The notes under the pieces are model-generated. The model saw only the letters and a list, made by a program, of their open reading frames with translations, was not told the origin of the DNA and searched no databases. A DNA stretch of 27,331 nucleotides, from contig JBHLRS010000044.1 in assembly GCA_048882325.1 (NCBI GenBank), positions 1 through 27,331 on the forward strand, read 5' to 3'. This document shows, one piece after another, positions 1 through 8,566 of the stretch. This DNA is from Candidatus Thorarchaeota archaeon. Lineage in GTDB: Archaea > Asgardarchaeota > Thorarchaeia > Thorarchaeales > Thorarchaeaceae. The first letter of the stretch is position 1, and every line of letters begins with the position of its first letter. The translations under genes and the position numbers were made by a program.

Positions 1-39
1 GCAAACCAGAAGTAGTCTTAATGTCCTTAGCTCTCAACT

Positions 40-843
40 ATGGAGATTGACACGGATGCCATATATAGACTGTTAGCAACCGATGATTCCGATGACATGT
101 TTTCCATAATTTCAAGTGTGATAAAAGATGAAATCCAGTCAAAGAAGGAGTGGGAGGAACTAGTCACCATCCTTGAAGTCGGATGTAAAGAGATCTATCA
201 GAAACATTGGCTTAAGACTCATCATGTGATGCTGTCTCTCTTTGGTATGCCAGAGCTTTTAGGTGTTGACTGTTCACTCTTCGATGAGTTACGGACTCTT
301 GAGGCGCCAAAAACCATGGAGCAAGCGTCAAGTGGTCTATTTTCTACCCTATCGGAGGTTGCTAGAAAACAATTCGAAAATGGAGGCTCAACTCTCTTCT
401 TTGATGTCAAACAAGTCGCATCTACACAATCGGCAATATTGGTCCCTGACCTGATTGAAGCCCGATTTCGAGAATCCATTCATATCTTGAATGAAATTGA
501 TGACCAGCTACCCTTACTTACAAAAGAGTGGGTCGATGTATCCCGCCTTTGGAGGACTGGAAATGGTTTTCGATTATTAAAAGCACGGAAATTAGGAATT
601 CACATACACCTCAAAGAGTACAAGGAGGTTCGAAACCAGCTTGCACTGGAATTGAATGTCGATCCTTCATATGTGAAAGAAACCAGTTATCGATTGAAGG
701 AGGAGGGAAAGGTGGTCTATATTCAACTTTCCAGAACACTTGATGAGTTTGTTACTGGGTTAATTGCATCTCGTGGGATAAGAGGAATTTTCGAACCACA
801 CTACAAGACATGGATCAATCATGAGGGCCTTGATGAATTCTAA
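40..843 (+). CDS. Hypothetical soluble protein (267 aa), no recognisable family
   Basis: Long ORF with globular-protein composition, converging on the ABC permease (2-nt gap). TTAAT about 20 nt upstream of the ATG suggests a leaderless start. No motif recognised. Confidence 0.8.
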   Translation: MEIDTDAIYRLLATDDSDDMFSIISSVIKDEIQSKKEWEELVTILEVGCKEIYQKHWLKTHHVMLSLFGMPELLGVDCSLFDELRTLEAPKTMEQASSGLFSTLSEVARKQFENGGSTLFFDVKQVASTQSAILVPDLIEARFRESIHILNEIDDQLPLLTKEWVDVSRLWRTGNGFRLLKARKLGIHIHLKEYKEVRNQLALELNVDPSYVKETSYRLKEEGKVVYIQLSRTLDEFVTGLIASRGIRGIFEPHYKTWINHEGLDEF

Positions 844-845
844 GT

Positions 846-1622
846 CTAGACTCCAGGTATCTTTGTCCGTTCATAAACCAATTCTAGAGCCTTCGAGAAA
901 GCTGTAATTATGATGAGGAAGATTAGCGCAGTGAATAAATAAGCTTCTAGAGCAAGAAACTCTCTAGTCACAATTAGATTAGCCTTAGCGAGTAGCTCCT
1001 CAACACCAATATAGTAAGCCACTACTGTGTATTTTGGCAAATAAGCCGCTTCATTGGACCAAGCAGGTATTACTCGCCTGAGGGATTGGGGAAGAATCAC
1101 ATGACGAATTCCTTGCCTATCAGACATACCAATTGATCTAGCGGCCTGTATTTGTCCAGCTCCAATTGAGGTGATAGCGCCGCGGAAATACTCAGCTTGG
1201 TATGCGGCACTGTTAAGACCCAGTGTGAGAATGCTCATTAAAATGGTATGACTGAGGATTTTGGTGTCCCCTAATCTGATAACCCAGTCAGAGTAGAGTG
1301 GAGCATACCCTAGTGATTCAAAATACCTGCTAATTGCAAAGGGTAGCATGAACAACAGAAACAATTGCACAAGAAGGGGTGTACTTCGAAATAGCTCAAT
1401 GTATGCAGTGGCAATCCTCGAACTCACTCGACCTCCATATTGCCGAACAATTGCTAAGAATAGACCAAGGAAGAATCCTATGACTAACGCGGTCAGATAC
1501 AGATACATTGTCATTCCGAAACCAGCAAGGATATGGTATCTATAGGTAATAATGAAAGAGAAATCCTGCTCAGGATGAAAATGAAGTGTATCATCCATAG
1601 TCCTCATCATCTTCACAACCAT
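846..1622 (-). CDS. Polar amino-acid ABC transporter permease (HisM/GlnP family)
   Basis: YIELFRSTPLLVQL and NSAAYQAEYFRGAITSIGAGQIQAARSIGMS (EAA-type loop) motifs, several TM helices, overlaps the ATPase stop by 1 nt. Confidence 0.95.
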   Translation of the reverse strand: MVVKMMRTMDDTLHFHPEQDFSFIITYRYHILAGFGMTMYLYLTALVIGFFLGLFLAIVRQYGGRVSSRIATAYIELFRSTPLLVQLFLLFMLPFAISRYFESLGYAPLYSDWVIRLGDTKILSHTILMSILTLGLNSAAYQAEYFRGAITSIGAGQIQAARSIGMSDRQGIRHVILPQSLRRVIPAWSNEAAYLPKYTVVAYYIGVEELLAKANLIVTREFLALEAYLFTALIFLIIITAFSKALELVYERTKIPGV

Positions 1623-2386
1623 TATTCTTGAAGTTCATTATCTCTTCCATAAAGAATCTCCAACCTATGGAGAAACCTTCTTGCTCGTTCAGACTTTGGC
1701 GACGTAAAGAAGTGTTGGGGAGTTCCCCGTTCAATAACCACACCTTCATCCATGAATATCATTTCTTGAGAAACAGCTCGTGCAAAGCCCATCTCATGAG
1801 TCACAACTACCATTGTAGTTCCGGCTTCAGCAATATCGAGCATCACTTGCAGTACCTCACCAATGAGCTCGGGATCTAGAGCTGATGTTGGCTCATCAAA
1901 CAAAATTACGTCGGGTTGCATCACCATAGCTCGTGCAATTCCGACTCGTTGTTGTTGCCCACCTGACAACTGAGCAGGATAGTGATCCGCCCAATCGGCC
2001 ATATGCACTTGTTCAAGTGCACGGTAGGCTCTCTCTTCAGCCTCAACCTTAGGAACATTCAGCACCTTCTCCAACCCAATTGACACATTCTTGAGGGCTT
2101 TAAGATGAGAGAAGAGGTTGAAATGTTGGAACACAAATCCAATTCGTGATCTTAGTGAGTTGAGGTCAACATTCTTATCAGTCAAACTCGTTCCTCGGAG
2201 AATGATATCTCCCTGGTCAGGAGTTTCCAAAAGGTTGATGCATCTGAGAAGTGTGCTTTTTCCTGATCCACTTGGTCCAAAAACTACTTTCACTTCTTTC
2301 TCCCTTACATCAAAGGAGATTCCTTTCAGTACCTCCAAATTGCCATAAGCCTTCCAAATGTCTTTTGCTTCCAACACAGGTTCCAT
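1622..2386 (-). CDS. glnQ: Polar amino-acid ABC transporter ATP-binding subunit (GlnQ/HisP family)
   Basis: Walker [17 protein letters not shown], signature LSGGQQQRV, Walker [15 protein letters not shown]-loop VTHEMGFAR. Symbol is family-level; the substrate is not determined. Confidence 0.96.
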   Translation of the reverse strand: MEPVLEAKDIWKAYGNLEVLKGISFDVREKEVKVVFGPSGSGKSTLLRCINLLETPDQGDIILRGTSLTDKNVDLNSLRSRIGFVFQHFNLFSHLKALKNVSIGLEKVLNVPKVEAEERAYRALEQVHMADWADHYPAQLSGGQQQRVGIARAMVMQPDVILFDEPTSALDPELIGEVLQVMLDIAEAGTTMVVVTHEMGFARAVSQEMIFMDEGVVIERGTPQHFFTSPKSERARRFLHRLEILYGRDNELQE

Positions 2387-2388
2387 TA

Positions 2389-3075
2389 TTATCCACCACC
2401 CAAACCCAAGTCTTTCAGTTTCTTTGTTTGTCGTTCGCCAATGAGCTTAGTGACGGGCAATGTGAAGAGCATGTAGATTATCGCGACAGTGAACATTATT
2501 GGAATCCAGAATTGAGGATAGGACATTGAGAATGCACGAGAGATCCTGAACATCTCAGCTACCCCGACAACTGCTGCATATGCAGAATCTTTGATAATCA
2601 CAGCATATTCGTTCGAAAACCCAGGCACAGCTATCCTCAAAGCTTGAGGTAGTACGATATACCTTGAAGCTTGTAACTGAGTCATGCCAATTGATCGAGC
2701 GGCAAGTAATTGTCCTTCACTCACTGAAAGAATGGCACCTCGATAAAGCTGGGACTGATAGGCGCCACTGCGAAGTGAAAGAGACAATATCACTCCAGCA
2801 AGAGTTCGGAATTGAGCTGGCACGAACCAAAATAGGTTCGGTATTCCCCACCCAAATATCATCATAAGAACAAGGATAGGGATTCCACGAAGGATTGTTT
2901 CATAGACATTTGAGAAAAACCGCATTTCTGGATTACCATAAACTCTCACCAAAGCAAGAATCAAGCCAATTATAAAACCGAAAATCAGACCAATAGCAGT
3001 AAGGAAAAGTGAGGTCGGTAGTCCATAGACAATGATGCTTTCAATCAAAGTCCATAGATCTACCGACTCTTGCAT
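2389..3075 (-). CDS. Polar amino-acid ABC transporter permease (second subunit)
   Basis: [37 protein letters not shown] and IIKDSA motifs. Start placed at ATG 3075 (MQESVDLW), 5 nt after SD GAGGTTGA; the ORF track starts at 3096. Confidence 0.94.
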   Translation of the reverse strand: MQESVDLWTLIESIIVYGLPTSLFLTAIGLIFGFIIGLILALVRVYGNPEMRFFSNVYETILRGIPILVLMMIFGWGIPNLFWFVPAQFRTLAGVILSLSLRSGAYQSQLYRGAILSVSEGQLLAARSIGMTQLQASRYIVLPQALRIAVPGFSNEYAVIIKDSAYAAVVGVAEMFRISRAFSMSYPQFWIPIMFTVAIIYMLFTLPVTKLIGERQTKKLKDLGLGGG

Positions 3076-3086
3076 GTTATTCAACC

Positions 3087-3866
3087 TCAGAGCCATTCTT
3101 GAATGAGACCATCAATTGTACCATCTTGAAGTGCTGCTGAGATTGCGGAATTTATCTCAATGAGCAAGCTATCTGCATTCCTACCGACATAAAGAACAGT
3201 CTGTTCTGCAGCCAGATTTAGGATTGTCTTGATGTTATAGATTGATGCAAATGCAGGTACCACTGGGGCATCAAGGAAAATGGCATCAACAGTTCCTGCA
3301 TCCAATGCAACAAACATCAAATCTGCTGTTGCGAATCGAGTCACAGTGACACCACTGATTGCACTGATTGCCTCATCCTCAATCGATCCGGTCTGCACAC
3401 CTACATTGTAACCATCGAGATCTTCTAGATTAGAGATAGATAGTGCTGAGTCGTTCATAGCAACAACAGACATCTCAGTTCGAAGATAGGGAATGCTGTG
3501 TTGCAGTATCGCTGCTCTAGATTCGCTTATGAACATGGCTGCAGCTATGACATCAATTGTCCCTGCTCTACAAGCTCCAACTAGAGAGGCAAACTCCATA
3601 TTTTGCCACACAAGAGTGACATTCAGAAAGTCAGCAACATATTCCATTAAATCCGCATCGAATCCTACTACATCATTTGTTGCGTTGAGGGATTCAAATG
3701 GTGGATAGTCGGCACTAGTTCCTACGATTAACTGGCCTCGGTTTACAACCCTTTGAAGGGAATTGTCTGCAGGAGTCGGTCCAATGGGAATGAATACCCC
3801 AAGTCCGAATCCTATCACGAGACCAATAACGAGGAATGCGATTGCCATTGTGTTTCTTTCGCTCAA
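3087..3866 (-). CDS. Amino-acid ABC transporter substrate-binding protein (SBP family 3), N-terminally membrane-anchored
   Basis: N-terminal TM helix, GTSADYPPFE, VGVQTGS and GTVDAIFLD motifs. TTG start with upstream GGAGGCG. First gene of a 4-gene operon. Confidence 0.95.
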   Translation of the reverse strand: MSERNTMAIAFLVIGLVIGFGLGVFIPIGPTPADNSLQRVVNRGQLIVGTSADYPPFESLNATNDVVGFDADLMEYVADFLNVTLVWQNMEFASLVGACRAGTIDVIAAAMFISESRAAILQHSIPYLRTEMSVVAMNDSALSISNLEDLDGYNVGVQTGSIEDEAISAISGVTVTRFATADLMFVALDAGTVDAIFLDAPVVPAFASIYNIKTILNLAAEQTVLYVGRNADSLLIEINSAISAALQDGTIDGLIQEWL

Positions 3867-4029
3867 GTATTTCTCGCCTCCACTTTGAATCTAAGTTGAT
3901 TCTCATAGCAATCGATTTCCGTTGTACAAATACATTGTGTTTTTGGAGGTGAGAGACATCAGAGAAGAAGTCCTGACAAGACAAGACTAATGAGTAGTGG
4001 TCACTCATCCAATCTAGTCAATCAAAGGA

Positions 4030-4845
4030 TTGGTTAACGTGTCACAGCTTGAAAAGGATATTCAGAAACTCATCGATGACTTAGGAGTAAATCCCAAAGA
4101 TGCTGACAAATGGCACACATTAGGAGTTGCATATCTACAGCTGAAGGAAGCTGACAAGGCGGAAGATGCATTCAAACGATGTCTTAAGCTCGACAAGAAC
4201 CATGCGAATGCTCTTGGTGATATTGGTAGTCTGTACATATTAAGGGGAAAGAACAGGAAAGCAATCAAGCATTTGGAGAAGTCGGTGAAGATTGAACCGG
4301 GGAAGTTTGAATATTGGTGTGCGTTGGGGGTAGCCTATTTCCAGGGAGGGAACTACAGTGATGCAGTTGAGGCGTTCCACAATTGTTTGGCAATCAATCC
4401 AGTGTTTTATGATGCCGTTGTATCTCTGGGAATGACATATAGTAAAATGGAGTTGTGGGAAAAAGCCCTAGAAACCCTGACCCAGGCAGAGAAACTGCAG
4501 CCTAATAGCTACCATGCGCTTAAGGCAATAGCTAAATCATTTAGGAATCTCAACAGGATGACAGAGTTAGAGCAGTTGTACATCAGAATGCATTCACTAT
4601 TCCCAAAGGATCCAGCGTTCGCAATGTATCTGGGGAAGATGGAGTTAGATCGAGGAAAGACTGAGGAAGGTCTAGCGTACTATAGGAAAGCAGTTGAGAT
4701 AGATCCAGGGGCACTCATTGGTTGGAAAATTCTCTCCGAAACACTTGAAAAAATGGGGAGAAAGAAGGAGGCCAAAGAAGCCCACTTGAAGTTCAAGGAG
4801 ATTGAAGAACAGATTAAACGAGAGAATGTTCGAATGATTGGCTGA
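4030..4845 (+). CDS. Tetratricopeptide-repeat (TPR) protein
   Basis: About 7 tandem 34-aa repeats with the W..LG..Y...G....A...F...L.L.P pattern. The start may be GTG 4039. Confidence 0.92.
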   Translation: MVNVSQLEKDIQKLIDDLGVNPKDADKWHTLGVAYLQLKEADKAEDAFKRCLKLDKNHANALGDIGSLYILRGKNRKAIKHLEKSVKIEPGKFEYWCALGVAYFQGGNYSDAVEAFHNCLAINPVFYDAVVSLGMTYSKMELWEKALETLTQAEKLQPNSYHALKAIAKSFRNLNRMTELEQLYIRMHSLFPKDPAFAMYLGKMELDRGKTEEGLAYYRKAVEIDPGALIGWKILSETLEKMGRKKEAKEAHLKFKEIEEQIKRENVRMIG

Positions 4846-4871
4846 AACCACTGCATGAAAAAGGAAAGTGG

Positions 4872-4898
4872 GGTGCAGGATTAGCGGTTTCCTGCACC
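4872..4898. terminator. Stem-loop between convergent genes, probable terminator or 3'-end structure
   Basis: Perfect 9-bp inverted repeat GGTGCAGGA/TCCTGCACC with a 9-nt loop, followed on the minus strand by CTTTCCTTTTT. Confidence 0.55.
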
Positions 4899-4910
4899 AT
4901 CGACCATCTA

Positions 4911-5294
4911 TCAAGACTTCATCTTCGCTTCATAATAGGCATAGAGGAAGAGAATCAGAAGAAACACTGTTAATACAACTTGAGCATACATTGTTGGAGG
5001 TATTATATTCGTCAATATTGCGTACAATTCCACAATGAGTCCTAGTATTAGAAAGGTGAGGTTCATGTAGACAACAAATTCTACATTCTCCCACATTGAT
5101 GATCTGAATGCTAGTAGGTTACCTATTGCAAATCCAATGAACAGGGCACCAATGAACCGATCCGCAAACTCCTCAAAGGGGAAGTTGAACAGTGTCGCAT
5201 GAGAGTCGGGGATTAGGAGCATCCATAGTCCGTAGATAAGTGCTACAAGTCCATCAATTAAAAATGAATATCTCAGAAACTTCGAAATTTCCAT
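4911..5294 (-). CDS. Small 4-TM membrane protein, paralog of 9849-10259
   Basis: Four hydrophobic segments. Aligns with the 9849-10259 product (R.[IV]GA..I..AIG.LLA[FY]R.S.W..VE). Confidence 0.85.
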   Translation of the reverse strand: MEISKFLRYSFLIDGLVALIYGLWMLLIPDSHATLFNFPFEEFADRFIGALFIGFAIGNLLAFRSSMWENVEFVVYMNLTFLILGLIVELYAILTNIIPPTMYAQVVLTVFLLILFLYAYYEAKMKS

Positions 5295-5354
5295 ATCTTA
5301 CCACCACACCCCATTCTACAGGGCCTTTGAAACTCACTTAGCTTCAATAAAAAA

Positions 5355-6131
5355 CTAATCAAATTTGAAGCATGTCATTGAAATTGATCCATAAATTGGC
5401 TTTTGATTGTATATCGTTGGTTCATTATCGGATTCACTAGAGCCAATAGCATAAAGTAATGGTAAGTAGTGATCCAATGTTGGATGGGCCTTCCTTCCGA
5501 TATCATCAAGGCCCTTGAAATCAATGAAAACATCCTCTTCCTTTGAGAGAATGGCATCCGTGACTCTCTCGTCAAACTCACGAGCCCAGTCATAGGTGAA
5601 CTCACTCGCATCGAAGACCACTGCTCCAAGATTGTGAACCAGGTTCCCACTGCCAATGATGAGAACTCCTTGCTCCCGCAGGAATTTGAGTCTGTGACCT
5701 AGGTCATAATGGAAACGTGGTGACTTTGTGTAGTCTATGCTTAGCTGAATTGTAGGGATGTCTGCATCTGGATACATCCTTTTCAGAACAGACCAAGTCC
5801 CATGGTCAAGTCCCCATGATTGGTCGAGTTCAATTGAGTATTCATTCAGGGTTTCCGAGATATTGCGTGCTAGGTCTGGAGCTCCAGGTGCAGGATACTG
5901 TTGTTGATACAATTCAGGTGGAAATCCATAGAAGTCATGGATAGTCCTCGGGGTCTCCATCGAAGTGATCATAGTTTTGGGTATATACCAATGAGCAGAA
6001 GCGCAGAGAATAACATCAGGTTTCGGGATATTTCTTGCTACCTCTACCCAACCCTCAGTAAACTCATTGTCCTCTATTGCGTTCATAGGTGAACCGTGTC
6101 CAATGAAGAGCGTTGGCATCAGCTGGGTCAT
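5355..6131 (-). CDS. ygiD: 4,5-DOPA extradiol dioxygenase (YgiD/LigB family)
   Basis: MPTLFIGHGSPMNA, SAHW, TIHDFYGFP, WGLDHGTWS, GSGNLVHNL, AHPTLDHYLPL and SISM motifs. Start probably ATG 6131 (track 6143). Confidence 0.93.
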   Translation of the reverse strand: MTQLMPTLFIGHGSPMNAIEDNEFTEGWVEVARNIPKPDVILCASAHWYIPKTMITSMETPRTIHDFYGFPPELYQQQYPAPGAPDLARNISETLNEYSIELDQSWGLDHGTWSVLKRMYPDADIPTIQLSIDYTKSPRFHYDLGHRLKFLREQGVLIIGSGNLVHNLGAVVFDASEFTYDWAREFDERVTDAILSKEEDVFIDFKGLDDIGRKAHPTLDHYLPLLYAIGSSESDNEPTIYNQKPIYGSISMTCFKFD

Positions 6132-6145
6132 GGTTCTACACAATC

Positions 6146-6517
6146 CTAGACATGTTGGTCGATGAGAATTGGATTCCCATCAGGATCTGTGACAGTAAAG
6201 CTCGCAGGTCCTGCAGTTGACTCATCAACCTCACCGACTATCTCCAGACCCTGCTCCTTAAAGTGACGCTGAAGTTCGCGAATATCAGTGAAAGAATCAA
6301 TCTCTTTGGCAAACTGATCCCACCCAGGATTGAACGTCAGTGTGTTTTTCTCAAGCATCCCCTGAAAAAGGCCGATGGTGTGGTCACCGTTCTTCATGAT
6401 AATCCAGTTCTCGGATATATCTCCATGAAAGTCTTCAAAGCCAATCTTCTTGTAGAACTCGTGAGAAAGTCTGATATCTTTCACAGCCAAACTAACTGAA
6501 AATGCACCGAGTTTCAT
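6146..6517 (-). CDS. VOC (glyoxalase/bleomycin-resistance) family protein
   Basis: MKLGAFSVSLAVKDI...IGLFQGM...LTFNPGW...GPASF..TDPDGNPILIDQH, typical of a widespread VOC subfamily. SD GAGGAG upstream. Confidence 0.92.
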   Translation of the reverse strand: MKLGAFSVSLAVKDIRLSHEFYKKIGFEDFHGDISENWIIMKNGDHTIGLFQGMLEKNTLTFNPGWDQFAKEIDSFTDIRELQRHFKEQGLEIVGEVDESTAGPASFTVTDPDGNPILIDQHV

Positions 6518-6633
6518 TAGTAACTCCTCTTTCCTTTTCTATCGTTAATTAATTACATAAGGAATCAGATAGGTGCAGAACGCTGAAGTGGTGTTTTTCT
6601 CTCCTTTTTTATGATTGAATTCCTTTGGAATTA

Positions 6634-7173
6634 TCATTGCCTTCGTGGAATACCCAAATATCTTGGAGTTGTTTCCAAATACTCTCGATAGGACTTACCA
6701 TATTTGTTTGTCAAAAACGCCTCTTCAAGCAATACTGTCCAGTGAAGATATGGTATGGTAATGAAGAAGTAGAAGAGAAACAGCATACTCCAGATTGAGT
6801 CCGACCATCCAATCAATGTTAGGCCTAGAAAGAAAATTGTCCAACCTAGATAAATAGGGTTTCGTGAATATCGATGAATTCGCGCTGTTGTTAGCCCAGA
6901 GTTGTGTGCAAATGAATGAAGTGCTAAGATACCAATGATCATTCCCACTATTGCAAGAGGTAACCCGATGTAAAACAGAATTCCGAAATTAACCGGGACA
7001 AAAAGGCTGATGATGAATCCCCCAATAATCCAGATCATTGCACCTGCAATTATCTTTCTGCTCGAGTACAGAAACTCAGGGTCGTCGAAAGGCGCTCCCC
7101 GTTTTCTATTTGCCCATGTTTGTACAGAGTAGGCAATAGCATAGCCTACTACATAGAAAATCCATAGGTTCAT
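6634..7173 (-). CDS. ICMT/PEMT-family integral membrane methyltransferase
   Basis: GLTTARIHRYSRNPIYLG and EEAFLTNKYGKSYREYLETTPRY motifs, 4-5 TM helices. ATGA overlap with the upstream paralog. Confidence 0.9.
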   Translation of the reverse strand: MNLWIFYVVGYAIAYSVQTWANRKRGAPFDDPEFLYSSRKIIAGAMIWIIGGFIISLFVPVNFGILFYIGLPLAIVGMIIGILALHSFAHNSGLTTARIHRYSRNPIYLGWTIFFLGLTLIGWSDSIWSMLFLFYFFITIPYLHWTVLLEEAFLTNKYGKSYREYLETTPRYLGIPRRQ

Positions 7174-7751
7174 GATTCTTGCACCTCTTGACTACTTTCA
7201 GGTATGTTGTCTTTGGCTCTGCCAAAATATCTTGGAGTCTTTTGCAGATATTCTTTGTAGGAGTCACCATACTTGTCAGAGAGGAAAATCTCCTCCTGCA
7301 AAACATTCCAGTGAAGATACACTGCAGTATAAATCAAGTAAATGAGGAAAAGAATACTCCATATTGAGGAAGACCAACCTATCAAGGTTAGACCAAGAAA
7401 GTATGTAGTCCATCCAATGTAGTTGGGATTTCGTGAGTATTGATGGATTCCAGTCGTTGCAAGACCTGGTTGGTTCGCGAATGAATGAAATACGATACCC
7501 ACTAGAATCAATCCAATCATAGCAACGACAAGTCCAAGATAAAACTGGACTCCAAAATTGATGGGAACAAAGGCGCCTATTACTAATCCACTGAGCATCC
7601 ATATTACTGCAGGTATCATGACTCTTCGTTGAGATGTAAGTTCCGGATCCTCGAATGGCATCCCCCGTTTCCTCTCAGCCCATATCCGAAGAGGATAGAC
7701 AATTACATACCCTCCCAAATAGAACAACCAGAGATTGAAGATCCCAACCAG
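7170..7751 (-). CDS. ICMT/PEMT-family integral membrane methyltransferase (tandem paralog), probable CTG start
   Basis: GIHQYSRNPNYIG and EEIFLSDKYGDSYKEYLQKTPRY motifs. The frame is open upstream of track start 7727 to a CTG at 7751 preceded by SD GGAGTTGA; the extension FNLWLFY matches the paralog's MNLWIFY. Confidence 0.88.
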   Translation of the reverse strand: MVGIFNLWLFYLGGYVIVYPLRIWAERKRGMPFEDPELTSQRRVMIPAVIWMLSGLVIGAFVPINFGVQFYLGLVVAMIGLILVGIVFHSFANQPGLATTGIHQYSRNPNYIGWTTYFLGLTLIGWSSSIWSILFLIYLIYTAVYLHWNVLQEEIFLSDKYGDSYKEYLQKTPRYFGRAKDNIPESSQEVQES

Positions 7752-7897
7752 CTGCAGTCAACTCCAAAATGAATTATGTTCCTATGAGAATAACTGTGCA
7801 TGATAAACATTTTCTCATGCTAATAGTAATCGTTGTAGACCGCGCTTACGACATTCGTGAGTAACTCGAACAGGTCTGTAAGAAACTCGTTTCCATT

Positions 7898-8278
7898 TCA
7901 GTTGACGGTTGACGACTCTCGTTTTTCGCTTTCTTGCTGCTGGCGATATAACCCAATGAAATAAGGAATGAGTCCTATTAATGCGAATGCTAAATTGAAT
8001 GACCAAGGCAGAATGAAGTAGGTCATTATTATCAGGCCAATTGAAACCGTTACTGAGCCCCATATCTCAATTAGATTACGATACTGTCCAAATAGACCTA
8101 TCATCAATGCAATCAGAGCGATAGACGCTATGACTGAAGAGCCAATCATGTCAAGGACTGGAGTATATTCCCAAAGAGAAAGTAGCTGCAGAATTGCAGC
8201 TAATGCGATCAAGAGATTGAAACTGATAAGATACTTGTCCTCTTTCATTGCAACCATAAAAGAAGAGCTTGCTTCCAC
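7898..8278 (-). CDS. Small 4-TM hypothetical membrane protein
   Basis: Four hydrophobic helices and a charged C-terminal tail. The true start may be a later ATG (8257 or 8248). Confidence 0.7.
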   Translation of the reverse strand: MEASSSFMVAMKEDKYLISFNLLIALAAILQLLSLWEYTPVLDMIGSSVIASIALIALMIGLFGQYRNLIEIWGSVTVSIGLIIMTYFILPWSFNLAFALIGLIPYFIGLYRQQQESEKRESSTVN

Positions 8279-8566
8279 ATGAAACTTACGGAAGTCCAGT
8301 TCGTCGCGTAAGATTCTCTACTGAACCAGCTCAGCTGAGAGGACCCTATTCGTGTTCAATCGCATTAATTGGAGATTCATGGCCGGCAAAGAGTGTAAGC
8401 ATCCCATATGGCATGAAGGTTATGTACAATCGATTCCTCATGTTAAAACCAGTATTTTTGATGCGGAATAAGATGAAGCTAGCTTTTGACTATCTCGTTA
8501 ATCTTACAATACCCAATCCTCTAGGCTTTTATATTTCATAACAACGCCCTCATCGGTGATGTAACT

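Noticed and set aside
8269-8541. 90-aa plus-strand ORF in the intergenic gap
   Set aside because: No SD or recognisable motif; it overlaps the start of the opposite-strand gene and the TATA-like box of the next gene.
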